Assembly (NCBI GenBank): GCA_030587475.2
Contig: JAUQYZ020000155.1
Span: 1 to 23,480, forward strand
Origin: Candidatus Sigynarchaeum calidifontis
Lineage (GTDB): Archaea; Asgardarchaeota; Lokiarchaeia; Sigyniarchaeales; Sigyniarchaeaceae
Length of the DNA stretch: 23,480 nucleotides
Direction: 5' to 3'
The translations under genes and the position numbers were made by a program. Positions 8,714-17,762 of this stretch are shown here, one piece after another (the stretch's first letter is position 1; each line of letters starts with the position of its first letter). A model generated the notes under the pieces. That model made no database searches, was not told where the DNA came from, and saw only the letters and a program-made list of their open reading frames with translations.

Positions 8714-9403
8714 TCAATCGATCGGTATGCTCGATATGCGCTTCTCCTTCTCGCCGACCTTTTGCAGCCGCACCTCCAGGATCCCGTTCGTGTAGCGCGC
8801 CTTGGCGTGATCGGGATTGATTTTCGCGGGGAGATCGAGGCGTGTTTGGTATTTTCTTTTGCCCTGGGCATCAGCACTTATCTCGATCGAGTAGTCGGTC
8901 GCGTCGAGCTTGATCGCATTCTTGTCGACGCCGGGCAACTCGACCACGACGACAATCTCCTTTTCCTCGTTGATCACGTCCGAAACGGGTTTCCTGATGA
9001 TCGTCCCGGGTTCTTGTTCCGGCACGGCTTCGCTCGCCTCATCATCGGCGGGTTGGGGCGCTATCTTGATGTCGCCGAATTTGTTGATGATGGGTTTACC
9101 GTCCGGCCCGATGCGGACGCTAAAGCCATACACGAATGGCCCCTTGATTTCTGGCTTTCCCTTTTTGGCGTCATCCGGGTTTGCGCTTTCTGAACCTGGA
9201 AGGCCAAGTTGGTTGAAGATGTTCCTGGAGAAATTGATGAAGTCCTTGCTCTTGAACTGTTTCATGAGATTCTTGAATATATCCTGAAATTGATTGAAAA
9301 AGTCGTCGGGTATATCTCCGAAAGGCGATATTTCATCGTCATTGTCTTCGCTGTCATCGTCGTCGTCGAATGGTCCAAAGATCTTGCGCTTCTTTTTTCC
9401 CAT
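8714..9403 (-). CDS. hsp20: Archaeal small heat shock protein (Hsp20/alpha-crystallin)
   Basis: PFVYGFSVRIGPDGKP archaeal N-domain motif, ELPGVDK, AKARYTNGILEV, C-terminal IPI (IxI) motif. Confidence 0.92.
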   Translation of the reverse strand: MGKKKRKIFGPFDDDDDSEDNDDEISPFGDIPDDFFNQFQDIFKNLMKQFKSKDFINFSRNIFNQLGLPGSESANPDDAKKGKPEIKGPFVYGFSVRIGPDGKPIINKFGDIKIAPQPADDEASEAVPEQEPGTIIRKPVSDVINEEKEIVVVVELPGVDKNAIKLDATDYSIEISADAQGKRKYQTRLDLPAKINPDHAKARYTNGILEVRLQKVGEKEKRISSIPID

Positions 9404-9487
9404 ATACCGTTCACCAACACGATTATTACAAACAGCCTATCTACTCGAGACAAGAAAAACTTCCCTTAAATCATTGGTGGTGCACGT

Positions 9488-10336
9488 CTACCCGAGAAAA
9501 TCACCGAGCGTCTTCTGGTTTTTACCCGCACCGCCGAACGTTGCCGGCTTCATGCCGATCATCTCGCGGAAGAGATTCACGCTTGCCGGGCCGAAACCAG
9601 CGTAATGATTGTTGAAGAATACAAACGTATCACGAACATCTTGAAGCTCGACATCCATACGATGCTTGATCTCTTCCATTTGTCGTTGCTTGTCACGCTG
9701 GATGGCTCCGAACCGATCCAGCTCCCGGTTGCCTATGAAGCGGAACACGTAGAAATCCGCGGTCTTTCTCACGAATGGCTCGACCGCCGGGTGGATGCTT
9801 CCCGCTATCGAGACATTTCCTTGCCGCTCGATCCTGTCCAACACTCTGACATCCGTGAACCATGAGGCGTCCCGGAACTCGATCGCGTGCTTGATATTAG
9901 CGGGTAACACGTCGAGCAAGGCAAAGAAATCTTCGACATGCCTCGATCGGAATCCAGGTGGCATTTGGACGAGTATAGCAGCAATCTTAGTTCCCAGCTT
10001 CGCAATAGCTTCGAAATACTTGTCGACAAGGGTCTCCAGAGACTTTTCTGCGACTGCTTGGTGCAGGTCGTGCGAGATGCCCTTGAACAGCTTGGGCACG
10101 AACATGAACCCCTCGGGAGTACGTTTTCGCCAGCCCTCCACGATATCCGGCTTTGGCATCGTGTAGAACGTCGAGTCGACCTCCACGACGTCGAAGACCG
10201 ACGCGTAATACTCGAGCTGCTTTGCTACCGGAAGATTTTTCGGGTAGAACGTGCCCTTCCAATCGTCATACGACCAGCCCGAGCAGCCAACGTGATACAA
10301 TGGCCATCTGGCTCGATTAACGCGCGCCACGAGCAT
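9488..10336 (-). CDS. DUF72 family protein (TIM-barrel, YecE-like)
   Basis: GCSGWSY..W...FYP, VEVDSTFY, LVQMPP, IEFR..SW, FFNNHY. Start uncertain (ORF extends to 10381; ATG 10336 chosen). Confidence 0.9.
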   Translation of the reverse strand: MLVARVNRARWPLYHVGCSGWSYDDWKGTFYPKNLPVAKQLEYYASVFDVVEVDSTFYTMPKPDIVEGWRKRTPEGFMFVPKLFKGISHDLHQAVAEKSLETLVDKYFEAIAKLGTKIAAILVQMPPGFRSRHVEDFFALLDVLPANIKHAIEFRDASWFTDVRVLDRIERQGNVSIAGSIHPAVEPFVRKTADFYVFRFIGNRELDRFGAIQRDKQRQMEEIKHRMDVELQDVRDTFVFFNNHYAGFGPASVNLFREMIGMKPATFGGAGKNQKTLGDFLG

Positions 10337-10427
10337 CACCCGTGCACAAGGATTGATTTCAAAGTTATTATCTCCGCCCACTTTGGATTATTAACGCGTC
10401 TTGGTTTGTTCATGTGAGCTGATAACC

Positions 10428-12122
10428 ATGCTTATCAAAAAATACCAACTTGGCCTGACGCTCCTGTTCCTTGGCCTCACCATTTTAGGTTCCATCGGGC
10501 TCAACACCTACCCCGGCGACATCGTGCGACAGACGCACGTCGCGATGACGTCCGACGGGGTCCAGATCTCGTTTAACATTTACCACAAGTCGACGATCCC
10601 GGCCAATCGCCCAGTGATCGTCATGGGGCACGGGGTTATCGTCAACAAGGAAATGATGACGAACTATGCAATCGAGCTCGCGACACACGACTTTTTTGTT
10701 GCAAGCATCGACTGGCGCGGCCACGGCCATTCCGGCGGCACGCTAGAAACCGAAAAGCTTGGCCTCGACCTCGAGGCCGTCATCGCGGCCATCCCCGCCC
10801 TCGTTCCATCGGCCAACACGAGTGCCCTCGGCTTGATCGGGTATTCGATGGGTGGTTTTCCAACGTTCTCGTATGCTGTGAGCCATCCGGCCGTCAAGGC
10901 ATGGATCGGCGTCGGAACCGCACCGAATGGGGCCACCGGCAATATCACGATGCCGCACAACGTGCTCGTCATTCGCGGCGAGCTCGACGAGGCCTTCAGC
11001 CTCGACACGTTGAAAACGCAGATGTACAACCTGACGGGCGACGCGTCGCCCAACGACGTGCAAACCGAGCACCTCTACGGTTCCATCGCCGCGGGTAATG
11101 CACGCAAAATCGACACGGTTCCGGGAGCAGACCACCTCACGACCCCGTGGGACCGGGCATTCATCTCGGCAGCAACAGATTGGATGGTGCAAACCTTCGA
11201 CGGCGCAGCGCCCGACCTGTCATTCATGGCCTATGATGTGCGGGCCATAATGCTCTTCGCGTCGCTGATCGGACTCGTTGGATTCGTCTACGGCATCGGC
11301 TTGCTGATGGCGCGGGCGCTCGGTTTCAAGGACAAGGACCATGGCCAGGAAACACGGGCTATTGCCGTAGCAAATGGTGGCATCGAGACCCGTACCGAGC
11401 TCCCCGCTCACAAGTTCGTGGCATTGTACTATGCATGGACGCTATTGCTCATCCCGACGGCGATCATCCCGGCGATGACGTTCTTCTTGCCCCTGTTCAT
11501 GACGTCGTTCATCGTCACGCTCGTGGGTTGTTACTCGATCAACGTGGCGATCTTCTCGTGGCGGTACTTCAAGCGATCAGGCGGGTCCTTCAAGACGGCG
11601 TTCACTGCAGGGATGCGGGATTGGCGCATATGGCTCCTGGGGCTCGTCATCACCGCCGCGATCGTGCCAATGTTTTGGCTCATCGTTGGTCAAAACTACC
11701 TGGGATCCATCCCGCCCATCGATAGACTCGGTTTTGTCCTCATCTACGGCACGATAATGTTATTTTGCTACATGGCGATATTGAACTTCGGGGAGCGTGT
11801 CTTGATGCACTATATTGACCGGAAGATGCGGTTCAAGAACGAGAAGGTGCGCTACCTAATAGAATCTACCATGTCATTCTTGCTCGTGTATTCCTGGTTC
11901 CTCGTGGTTCTTTTGTTGTTATGTGCAGCGATGGGAAGCATGTTCTTGTTCATGATCGCGATACTCATGGTGCCGATATACTTGTTCGGGAGTTTCGCCG
12001 GTGTCTACATCCAGGGGTTAACGGGATCGTCGATACCAAACGCATTGCTCCAAGCAACGTTGATGACCTTGCTGATCGTATCTTTATCACCCATGGGCTC
12101 GCTGCTGCGCATGTTCATGTAG
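10428..12122 (+). CDS. Membrane-anchored alpha/beta hydrolase with multi-pass C-terminal membrane domain
   Basis: N-terminal signal/TM helix; HG, DWRGHG, nucleophile GYSMGG, candidate Asp (ELDE) and His (ADH); about 8 C-terminal TM helices. ATG 10428 preferred over TTG 10401. Confidence 0.85.
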   Translation: MLIKKYQLGLTLLFLGLTILGSIGLNTYPGDIVRQTHVAMTSDGVQISFNIYHKSTIPANRPVIVMGHGVIVNKEMMTNYAIELATHDFFVASIDWRGHGHSGGTLETEKLGLDLEAVIAAIPALVPSANTSALGLIGYSMGGFPTFSYAVSHPAVKAWIGVGTAPNGATGNITMPHNVLVIRGELDEAFSLDTLKTQMYNLTGDASPNDVQTEHLYGSIAAGNARKIDTVPGADHLTTPWDRAFISAATDWMVQTFDGAAPDLSFMAYDVRAIMLFASLIGLVGFVYGIGLLMARALGFKDKDHGQETRAIAVANGGIETRTELPAHKFVALYYAWTLLLIPTAIIPAMTFFLPLFMTSFIVTLVGCYSINVAIFSWRYFKRSGGSFKTAFTAGMRDWRIWLLGLVITAAIVPMFWLIVGQNYLGSIPPIDRLGFVLIYGTIMLFCYMAILNFGERVLMHYIDRKMRFKNEKVRYLIESTMSFLLVYSWFLVVLLLLCAAMGSMFLFMIAILMVPIYLFGSFAGVYIQGLTGSSIPNALLQATLMTLLIVSLSPMGSLLRMFM

Positions 12123-12141
12123 GGATTCATATCCCCTTTTT
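12122..12141 (+). terminator. Hairpin plus T-run terminator
   Basis: gggat-tcat-atccc followed by cttttt. Confidence 0.45.
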
Positions 12142-12312
12142 CAGCTATTTTTCACCCGCTTCGCAAAGATTAATTAGAATCATCACGATATTAACAATAG
12201 AATGGGAGTTTCGTTGTCCTTCCATCGAAGTGACCATGTAGCTCGCCAATTCTGCGACATAATTGCAATACCATGTAAGGATGGTACAAAGCTGGTTTAG
12301 GTTGAAGATGAC

Positions 12313-13122
12313 GTGATTCGCGGGCTGTTCGTGATCAAGCAAGGGATCGCCGTGTTCTCGTGGACGCACGAGATCAAGCTTGACGTGAGCAAGGACTTGC
12401 TGGCCGGTTTCTTGTCGGCCTTGCCCGCTTTTGCGAAAGAAATCGAAGAATCGCAGCAAATCGAGGGTTTCAAACTCAGCGAGTACGTGTTCACGTTCAA
12501 GTCCTTGAAAAACTCCGATGATCCCTCGGGCAACTTCATGGTGTTACTCTCGGACGCGAAAGACAAGGACGAGTCCATCAAGAAGACGCTTGACCTTCTT
12601 GTCCAAGCGTTCGAGGCAAACTTCAAGCTGGAGGACTGGAACAGCAACCTGGATGTCTTCAAGCCGTTCAAGGCCTACGCCGACCAGATCATCCTCAACC
12701 GCGTGCCGGTCCCGCTCGAGCTCTCCCCGGACATGATCGAAACCATCTCAGAAACCATAGCAGAGTCGAAGTACAACTTCCTCATCCTCAACAAGGATAA
12801 CGACATCGTGCTCACGTCGCTCAAGCGCATCTCCAAGAGCTTCACGAGCGACACGCTCAACGACATCAAAGATGCCATCATCCAGTACACGGTCTTCCCG
12901 CCGATCATCGGGTCGAAGCTGGAAACTTCCTTCATCAACACGGACAAGATGTGCATCGTCTTCGATAAAATTCTCGATTCATACTTCATCGCCTTCGTGC
13001 TGAAGGATGATGATGATACCGGCCCGAAAGTGAATGCTTACGAGATGGTAAAGGAAGTTTTCGAATCGCTGGATGAAATCAAGTTTACCTTGACGACCAT
13101 GTTCGTCGTGGAAAAGTTTTAA
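12313..13122 (+). CDS. Longin-like N-terminal domain fused to a putative roadblock/LC7-like domain
   Basis: N-domain MIRGLFVI..GIAVFS...LLAGFLSAL..FAKEI...IKKTL..L...F...F....W....F..F matches the Asgard longin pattern; C-domain has an alpha-beta-beta-alpha-beta-beta-beta-alpha pattern. GTG start. Confidence 0.65.
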   Translation: MIRGLFVIKQGIAVFSWTHEIKLDVSKDLLAGFLSALPAFAKEIEESQQIEGFKLSEYVFTFKSLKNSDDPSGNFMVLLSDAKDKDESIKKTLDLLVQAFEANFKLEDWNSNLDVFKPFKAYADQIILNRVPVPLELSPDMIETISETIAESKYNFLILNKDNDIVLTSLKRISKSFTSDTLNDIKDAIIQYTVFPPIIGSKLETSFINTDKMCIVFDKILDSYFIAFVLKDDDDTGPKVNAYEMVKEVFESLDEIKFTLTTMFVVEKF

Positions 13123-13146
13123 AGGACTGGAAAAGGATACTTTCTC

Positions 13147-13368
13147 TTATTTCTTTTTGACGACATCAACGTAGATTTGCTTGATGACGACCTTTCCGCC
13201 ACATTTTTTACACTGTTCCCCAGCATCCGCGAACACGATGTCCCCCTCCTTGTATTCGCGGGTGGTTTCATCGCCGCACGACGTGCAACCGAGGACGGTG
13301 ATCGTGACCTCGGTCTCACCCTTCTTCAGCTTTTCTATGCCGATGGAAGGTAATATGGGCATAGCCAT
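13147..13368 (-). CDS. Small archaeal zinc-ribbon protein
   Basis: 73 aa, CTSC..TREYKEGDIVF....CKKCG....IKQIY, a pattern seen in conserved small archaeal hypothetical proteins. Confidence 0.75.
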   Translation of the reverse strand: MAMPILPSIGIEKLKKGETEVTITVLGCTSCGDETTREYKEGDIVFADAGEQCKKCGGKVVIKQIYVDVVKKK

Positions 13369-13430
13369 AATAATTCAGAGATGTATTCTTCCTTATTGAA
13401 TTTACCCGAATATATTGGTTATCTTCTCCG

Positions 13431-13448
13431 ACGGCTCATTCGAGCCGT
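13431..13448. other. Perfect 7-bp hairpin (terminator or operator)
   Basis: acggctc-attc-gagccgt in the gap between two minus-strand genes. Confidence 0.4.
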
Positions 13449-13517
13449 TAATAGAAAAGTACCGCAAGAATTGAAAAGATATAAGGAGGAAAAGCAAAAT
13501 AAGATTGGTTATCGCAA

Positions 13518-14009
13518 TTATTTCTTCCCGCCGAAGATCCTACCTTTACCAGGGCCAATGAACGTAAGCATTATGGCTGGTATTGCTACGCCTATACAGC
13601 CCCAATAGGAGAACACGGCAAGCAAGATCCACATGATCCACATCTTTTTCCCATCCGCTACGAGGGCCTCCCAATCCTTGGCAGCGCATTTGATCGAGAA
13701 CGGCTTGAGCACGTAGATGAAGATGAGGACAAGGGTCACGCCCATACCAATGAAATTCCAGATCGCTTGGCCGAGTGCTGCATTCGCAGCCAATTGGAAT
13801 GGCGCAGCATATGTAGGCCAGCCTATGCCAACATAGTAATTATACCATCCCATGGCCGAGTTGTATGCATTAATCCCCATTATCCCTTGTATAAGCATCA
13901 CAATTGCACTGCCAAGAGCTATCAACCAAGAAAATTTCCCAAGCACCGACATGGGCTGTTCCATCTTTGTCCAGGTATCGCTTGTTTGAGACTTTTTTTC
14001 ATCAACCAT
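13518..14009 (-). CDS. Hypothetical membrane protein, paralog A of a tandem pair
   Basis: 163 aa, 3-4 TM helices; shares EKKSQ, MSxLGK, IYVxKPFS..CAxKxWExL, KMW and LTFxGP with 14216-14707. Confidence 0.8.
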   Translation of the reverse strand: MVDEKKSQTSDTWTKMEQPMSVLGKFSWLIALGSAIVMLIQGIMGINAYNSAMGWYNYYVGIGWPTYAAPFQLAANAALGQAIWNFIGMGVTLVLIFIYVLKPFSIKCAAKDWEALVADGKKMWIMWILLAVFSYWGCIGVAIPAIMLTFIGPGKGRIFGGKK

Positions 14010-14215
14010 AGTAAACCATCTTTCTTTCTATTCAAAGAATACTTGATACACATGAATTACCTACGTGTACCACATACCTTCCCTTAATTTGAAGATTACG
14101 CTAGAGATCTGTACTCCGGTTTATTACTTGAACGAATTGTGTAGGAAAGAAAACTTGGTTTAGAAAGAAGGCAAAGTTGGTTGATGTTTGCAGCGAGCAA
14201 AAAATGCAATTAGTA

Positions 14216-14707
14216 TTAAAAGACTCTCCTCTTTTCTGGCCCGAAGAACGTAAGCCAGAGGACGGGAACGAGCAGGCCAAGGCCCCCGATACCATAAGTC
14301 GTGGAGGCGAGGAGAAGGGTCATTAACCACATTTTCGAAAATTTTCCACCGATTTTATCCGTTATTAACGGTTCCCAATTTTTCGAGGCGCACGATGCGC
14401 TGAACGGCTTGATAACGTAGATCACGAAGATGAACACGCACACGCCGAGGAAGATATAATGCACCACTGCCCACGTAATTGCATTCGTGGCTTTAGGCAT
14501 GTATAGATTATACAAATAGATGTCATAATGGTATTGATTTGCAAGTTGCATGTTCGTGTTGAATATATTCGTATATACCAACGCCACGATGAGGTCAATG
14601 AGTATGCCTATCAAAACAAATATCCATGCTTGTTTTCCCAAATTGGACATCGTATTCTCCAGCCCTAACCCTGTGCTCGTCGCTTGGGATTTCTTCTCTG
14701 CTGTCAT
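14216..14707 (-). CDS. Hypothetical membrane protein, paralog B of a tandem pair
   Basis: Start set at ATG 14707 (MTAEKKSQ aligns with MVDEKKSQ; GGTGA SD-like motif upstream); same motifs as paralog A. Confidence 0.8.
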   Translation of the reverse strand: MTAEKKSQATSTGLGLENTMSNLGKQAWIFVLIGILIDLIVALVYTNIFNTNMQLANQYHYDIYLYNLYMPKATNAITWAVVHYIFLGVCVFIFVIYVIKPFSASCASKNWEPLITDKIGGKFSKMWLMTLLLASTTYGIGGLGLLVPVLWLTFFGPEKRRVF

Positions 14708-14812
14708 GTTATTCACCGAGAATGCCTATTTCTCGTGAGATGCTTGTTGCTATTATATCACGGCTTCTTAATTCTTTTGAATATTTCGACGAGGCAAAGA
14801 AAAAGACACGGC

Positions 14813-16024
14813 TTAGGACGACTTGGATGCACGCTTTTTCTCTTGCTGTTTCTGGATCTCTTGTTCTTGCCGCGCGAATTTCTCATGTATCCGTCCAAGG
14901 TATTTCTTCGCGAGGTCCTCGTAGCACTGACGCTCGTCGTGATCCATCTCCTTCACCTTTGGGACGTCGATGGTGAGGGACAAGAACAAGTCGCCGCGGC
15001 GGTTTAACTTGTCACGGAACACGGGAACGCCGTGACCCTCGATGCGCAGCATGGTACCGGGCTTTGTACCCGGCGGTATCCGCACCTTGACCCATTTTCC
15101 GTCAAGGGTCGTCACGGATATCTCGTCCCCGAGTAAAAGTTGCAAGTAATCGACCACGATCTCGCGCACGAGGTGCTTGCCGTCCCGCGTGAACACGGGA
15201 TGTGGGTTTACCGTCACGTTCAAATGCAAGTCACCCGGGATACTACCCGCTTCCTCCATATTTCCTTTACCTTCGACAGGTATCACGACGCCCTCGTCGG
15301 GGAATCCTGGCGGGATCTTGAGACTGATCTTGTCAATTTCGGTAACCACGCCGGTACCCTTGCAATTCGAGCATTTTTTCTTGATGGTTTGCCCACGACC
15401 ATTGCACGTGGAACAACCGGTAATTTGCTGCATTATACCAAAAGGAGTCCGGGTCGTTCTGGCTACCTGGCCAGATCCGCCGCACGTCGAGCACGTCTCT
15501 GGCTTGGTTCCTGGTTCCGCCCCGGTCCCGTTACAAGTGTCGTCGGGCACTCGGCGCCGAACGGGGATTTCCTTTTCCACGCCGAACACTGCTTCCTCGA
15601 ATTCAAGCTGTAGATCCATTTCGATGTCTGATCCTTGCCGCTGTTGTGGTCGACCAGCTCGCCGGCCACCTCGTCTGCTCCCGCCAAAGAAACTACTGAA
15701 GATATCACCGAATCCAAAGAAATCATCAGCATCGAAGCCACTGACGCCGGAAGTATCAAAACCATGGGAGGGATCCACGCCTGCAAATCCAAATTGATCG
15801 TATCGCTCCCGCTTGCTCGGGTCGGAGAGGATATCATGTGCTTCGTTGATCTCCTTGAATTTCTCTTCCGCTTCCTTGTTATTCGGGTTCAGATCCGGGT
15901 GATACTTCTTGGCTAGCTGCCGGAACGCGCGCTTGATATCGTCTGCGGACGCGGAACGTGGGACGCCAAGCACTTCGTAGTAATCACGTTTTTCTTTCTT
16001 CGGGCTGCTCGTAAACGCCACCAT
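14813..16024 (-). CDS. dnaJ: Molecular chaperone DnaJ (class A)
   Basis: [12 protein letters not shown] motif, G/F-rich linker, CxxCxGxG repeats, GDL motifs in the C-terminal domain. Likely start ATG 16024 ([16 protein letters not shown]), not 16135. Confidence 0.95.
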   Translation of the reverse strand: MVAFTSSPKKEKRDYYEVLGVPRSASADDIKRAFRQLAKKYHPDLNPNNKEAEEKFKEINEAHDILSDPSKRERYDQFGFAGVDPSHGFDTSGVSGFDADDFFGFGDIFSSFFGGSRRGGRRAGRPQQRQGSDIEMDLQLEFEEAVFGVEKEIPVRRRVPDDTCNGTGAEPGTKPETCSTCGGSGQVARTTRTPFGIMQQITGCSTCNGRGQTIKKKCSNCKGTGVVTEIDKISLKIPPGFPDEGVVIPVEGKGNMEEAGSIPGDLHLNVTVNPHPVFTRDGKHLVREIVVDYLQLLLGDEISVTTLDGKWVKVRIPPGTKPGTMLRIEGHGVPVFRDKLNRRGDLFLSLTIDVPKVKEMDHDERQCYEDLAKKYLGRIHEKFARQEQEIQKQQEKKRASKSS

Positions 16025-16060
16025 CGGTAGATGCGCTAAGGATCCGACTCCTACCACGTC

Positions 16061-16108
16061 AGAATGATGATGGGTAAAAAAAGAGTTTTTCCGTCGCTGC
16101 ATCATTCT
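16061..16108. promoter_or_regulatory. Inverted repeat/hairpin upstream of dnaJ
   Basis: agaatgatg (16061-16069) is the exact reverse complement of catcattct (16100-16108); inner aaaaa/ttttt pairing. Confidence 0.4.
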
Positions 16109-16227
16109 CGGCCAAGGTAGGCCAACGATCACCACTCATCACATCGCGTTACCTTGTTCACAAAGCATTTTTATCGCCAGCACGAAGCTAGTGTAGGTAT
16201 CACCAATTCACGAAAGGTGTTCGTTTC

Positions 16228-17193
16228 ATGGTTGAACCGGTTAGACACGCAGAATTTGCTGGTTCGTGGTATCCAGGGCGTAAAGATACGCTTGAACGCA
16301 TGATCGAGACATGTTTTTGTTCCACGTTCGGTCCCGGCTCGTTACCGAAGCGCGGGAAGCCCGCGGGACCCGGCGGTTCGCTCGTCGGCATCATGTCCCC
16401 TCACGCTGGCTACACGTACTCGGGTGGCGTCGCTGCTAACGGTTACTCCGCGATCGCCCAGGACGGCATTCCGGACACGGTCGTTCTCATCGCCCACCAC
16501 GGCGGCTTTGATAGCATTTATTTGCAAGATAAAGGCGCGTGGGAAACACCACTCGGTACAAGTATCGTGGATGCGGACGTGGCTAGCAAGATCGCTGCCG
16601 TGGCCAAAGAAATACGGGTTGATAGCCACCGTGTCATCTCGCTCGCAGACAACACGTTCGAGCTCCAGTTGCCATTTATCCAATACTTGTCGCTCGATAC
16701 CAGCATCGTGCCGATCGCGGCCGGCTCGCGGACCTACAGCAAGATCAAGGCAGCCGCGGGCGAGCTCGCGGCCGGGCTTGCATCCTTCTTCACGAAAGAT
16801 GCAAGCAAGAAGGTAGTTATTGTTGCATCCACGGATCTCACGCACTATGGGCTGCTCCACTTTGGCTTCGCGCCAGCACATGGAAAACCCGCGAAGGATC
16901 AGAACGCATGGGTTCGGGCCAATGACAGCCGCGTTTTGACAATGATTGAGAAGTTGGACCAGTATGACACGGCCGACATCCTCGCCGAGGCACTCGCCAA
17001 CCAGAACTTGTGCTGTCCCGGCGCGATAACGCTGGCGATGGAGACCATGAAGCAGCTCAAGGTGAAATGCGGTTTTTCCGGCTTGAACGTCCGCTTGCTC
17101 AAGCAAGCGACCAGTTACGACGTCGAACCCCGCGGGGAGGGTGCAGCCTTCTCCGCGGTCGGTTACGCGTCAATTGCGATAACACGCACTTGA
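16228..17193 (+). CDS. MEMO1 family protein (AmmeMemoRadiSam system protein B), divergent
   Basis: R...FAGSWYP, PHAGYTYSG, WETPLG, ELQLPF, VASTDLTHYG, ATS.DV, VGYASI motifs. Confidence 0.9.
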   Translation: MVEPVRHAEFAGSWYPGRKDTLERMIETCFCSTFGPGSLPKRGKPAGPGGSLVGIMSPHAGYTYSGGVAANGYSAIAQDGIPDTVVLIAHHGGFDSIYLQDKGAWETPLGTSIVDADVASKIAAVAKEIRVDSHRVISLADNTFELQLPFIQYLSLDTSIVPIAAGSRTYSKIKAAAGELAAGLASFFTKDASKKVVIVASTDLTHYGLLHFGFAPAHGKPAKDQNAWVRANDSRVLTMIEKLDQYDTADILAEALANQNLCCPGAITLAMETMKQLKVKCGFSGLNVRLLKQATSYDVEPRGEGAAFSAVGYASIAITRT

Positions 17194-17214
17194 ACCGGTG
17201 GAGGAGAACCTTAC

Positions 17215-17754
17215 ATGAGAACATCAAGTGTCAGGCTCATCAGGAAATTGGTCGGGATCGTATTACTCGTGATCAACACGACCTTGTCGCTCATGAGCGC
17301 CCTTGCCATGTACAGCATCGTGGAATTCGCGAGCGATGCCGACAATTATGATTTCAATGTCGCCAGCCCGATCACCTATAATTTTACTATCTCGCCAAAC
17401 GGTTACATTAATCTCGGCAGTATGACGATCAACAACACGGGACTTTTCGATTTCAACGACTTCGAGATACGATTCGAATTCAACAACCAGACCAACGGCG
17501 GCCTGGTACGCCTCTTGTCATTCAACGGAAGTTTCGGCGACGTGCCTGCAGGCGAGAAAAAAGTCCTAGATCTCACGCTGAAAAACGACACGGTATCAAG
17601 AAAGTCCTTGTGGGTGAATCCTGCATTAAATGACATGTCCACGATCAATCCAGCAAACGTATCTGGATTCCTGGAAGTGACAGGGAAATACGTTCTGGCT
17701 TTGTTCCGGTTTGATTTCAGGTTCACGAATCTCTCGCTATGGACTTGGACGTAG
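17215..17754 (+). CDS. Hypothetical membrane-anchored protein with extracellular beta-rich domain
   Basis: N-terminal TM helix, then a beta-rich region (INNTG.F......I....DVPAGEKK) with many N-x-S/T sequons; GGAGGA upstream. Confidence 0.7.
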   Translation: MRTSSVRLIRKLVGIVLLVINTTLSLMSALAMYSIVEFASDADNYDFNVASPITYNFTISPNGYINLGSMTINNTGLFDFNDFEIRFEFNNQTNGGLVRLLSFNGSFGDVPAGEKKVLDLTLKNDTVSRKSLWVNPALNDMSTINPANVSGFLEVTGKYVLALFRFDFRFTNLSLWTWT

Positions 17755-17762
17755 TGATTGCT

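Noticed and set aside
13414-13513. 10-bp direct repeat attggttatc (13414-13423 and 13504-13513)
   Set aside because: Only two copies in AT-rich DNA; not a CRISPR array and no element between them to make it a target-site duplication.
16055-16110. Possible C/D box sRNA (ATGATG...CTGA on the minus strand)
   Set aside because: C box is imperfect, no C'/D' boxes, and the sequence is better explained as an inverted repeat.
16025-16135. N-terminal extension of DnaJ in the ORF track
   Set aside because: Non-protein-like sequence overlapping the hairpin/promoter region; the J-domain begins right after Met at 16024.
16342-17106. 254-aa antisense ORF over MEMO1 (likewise 8657-9193, 15177-15797, 20379-20930 and others)
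   Set aside because: Shadow ORFs opposite well-supported genes, expected from GC3-biased codon usage; no motifs.
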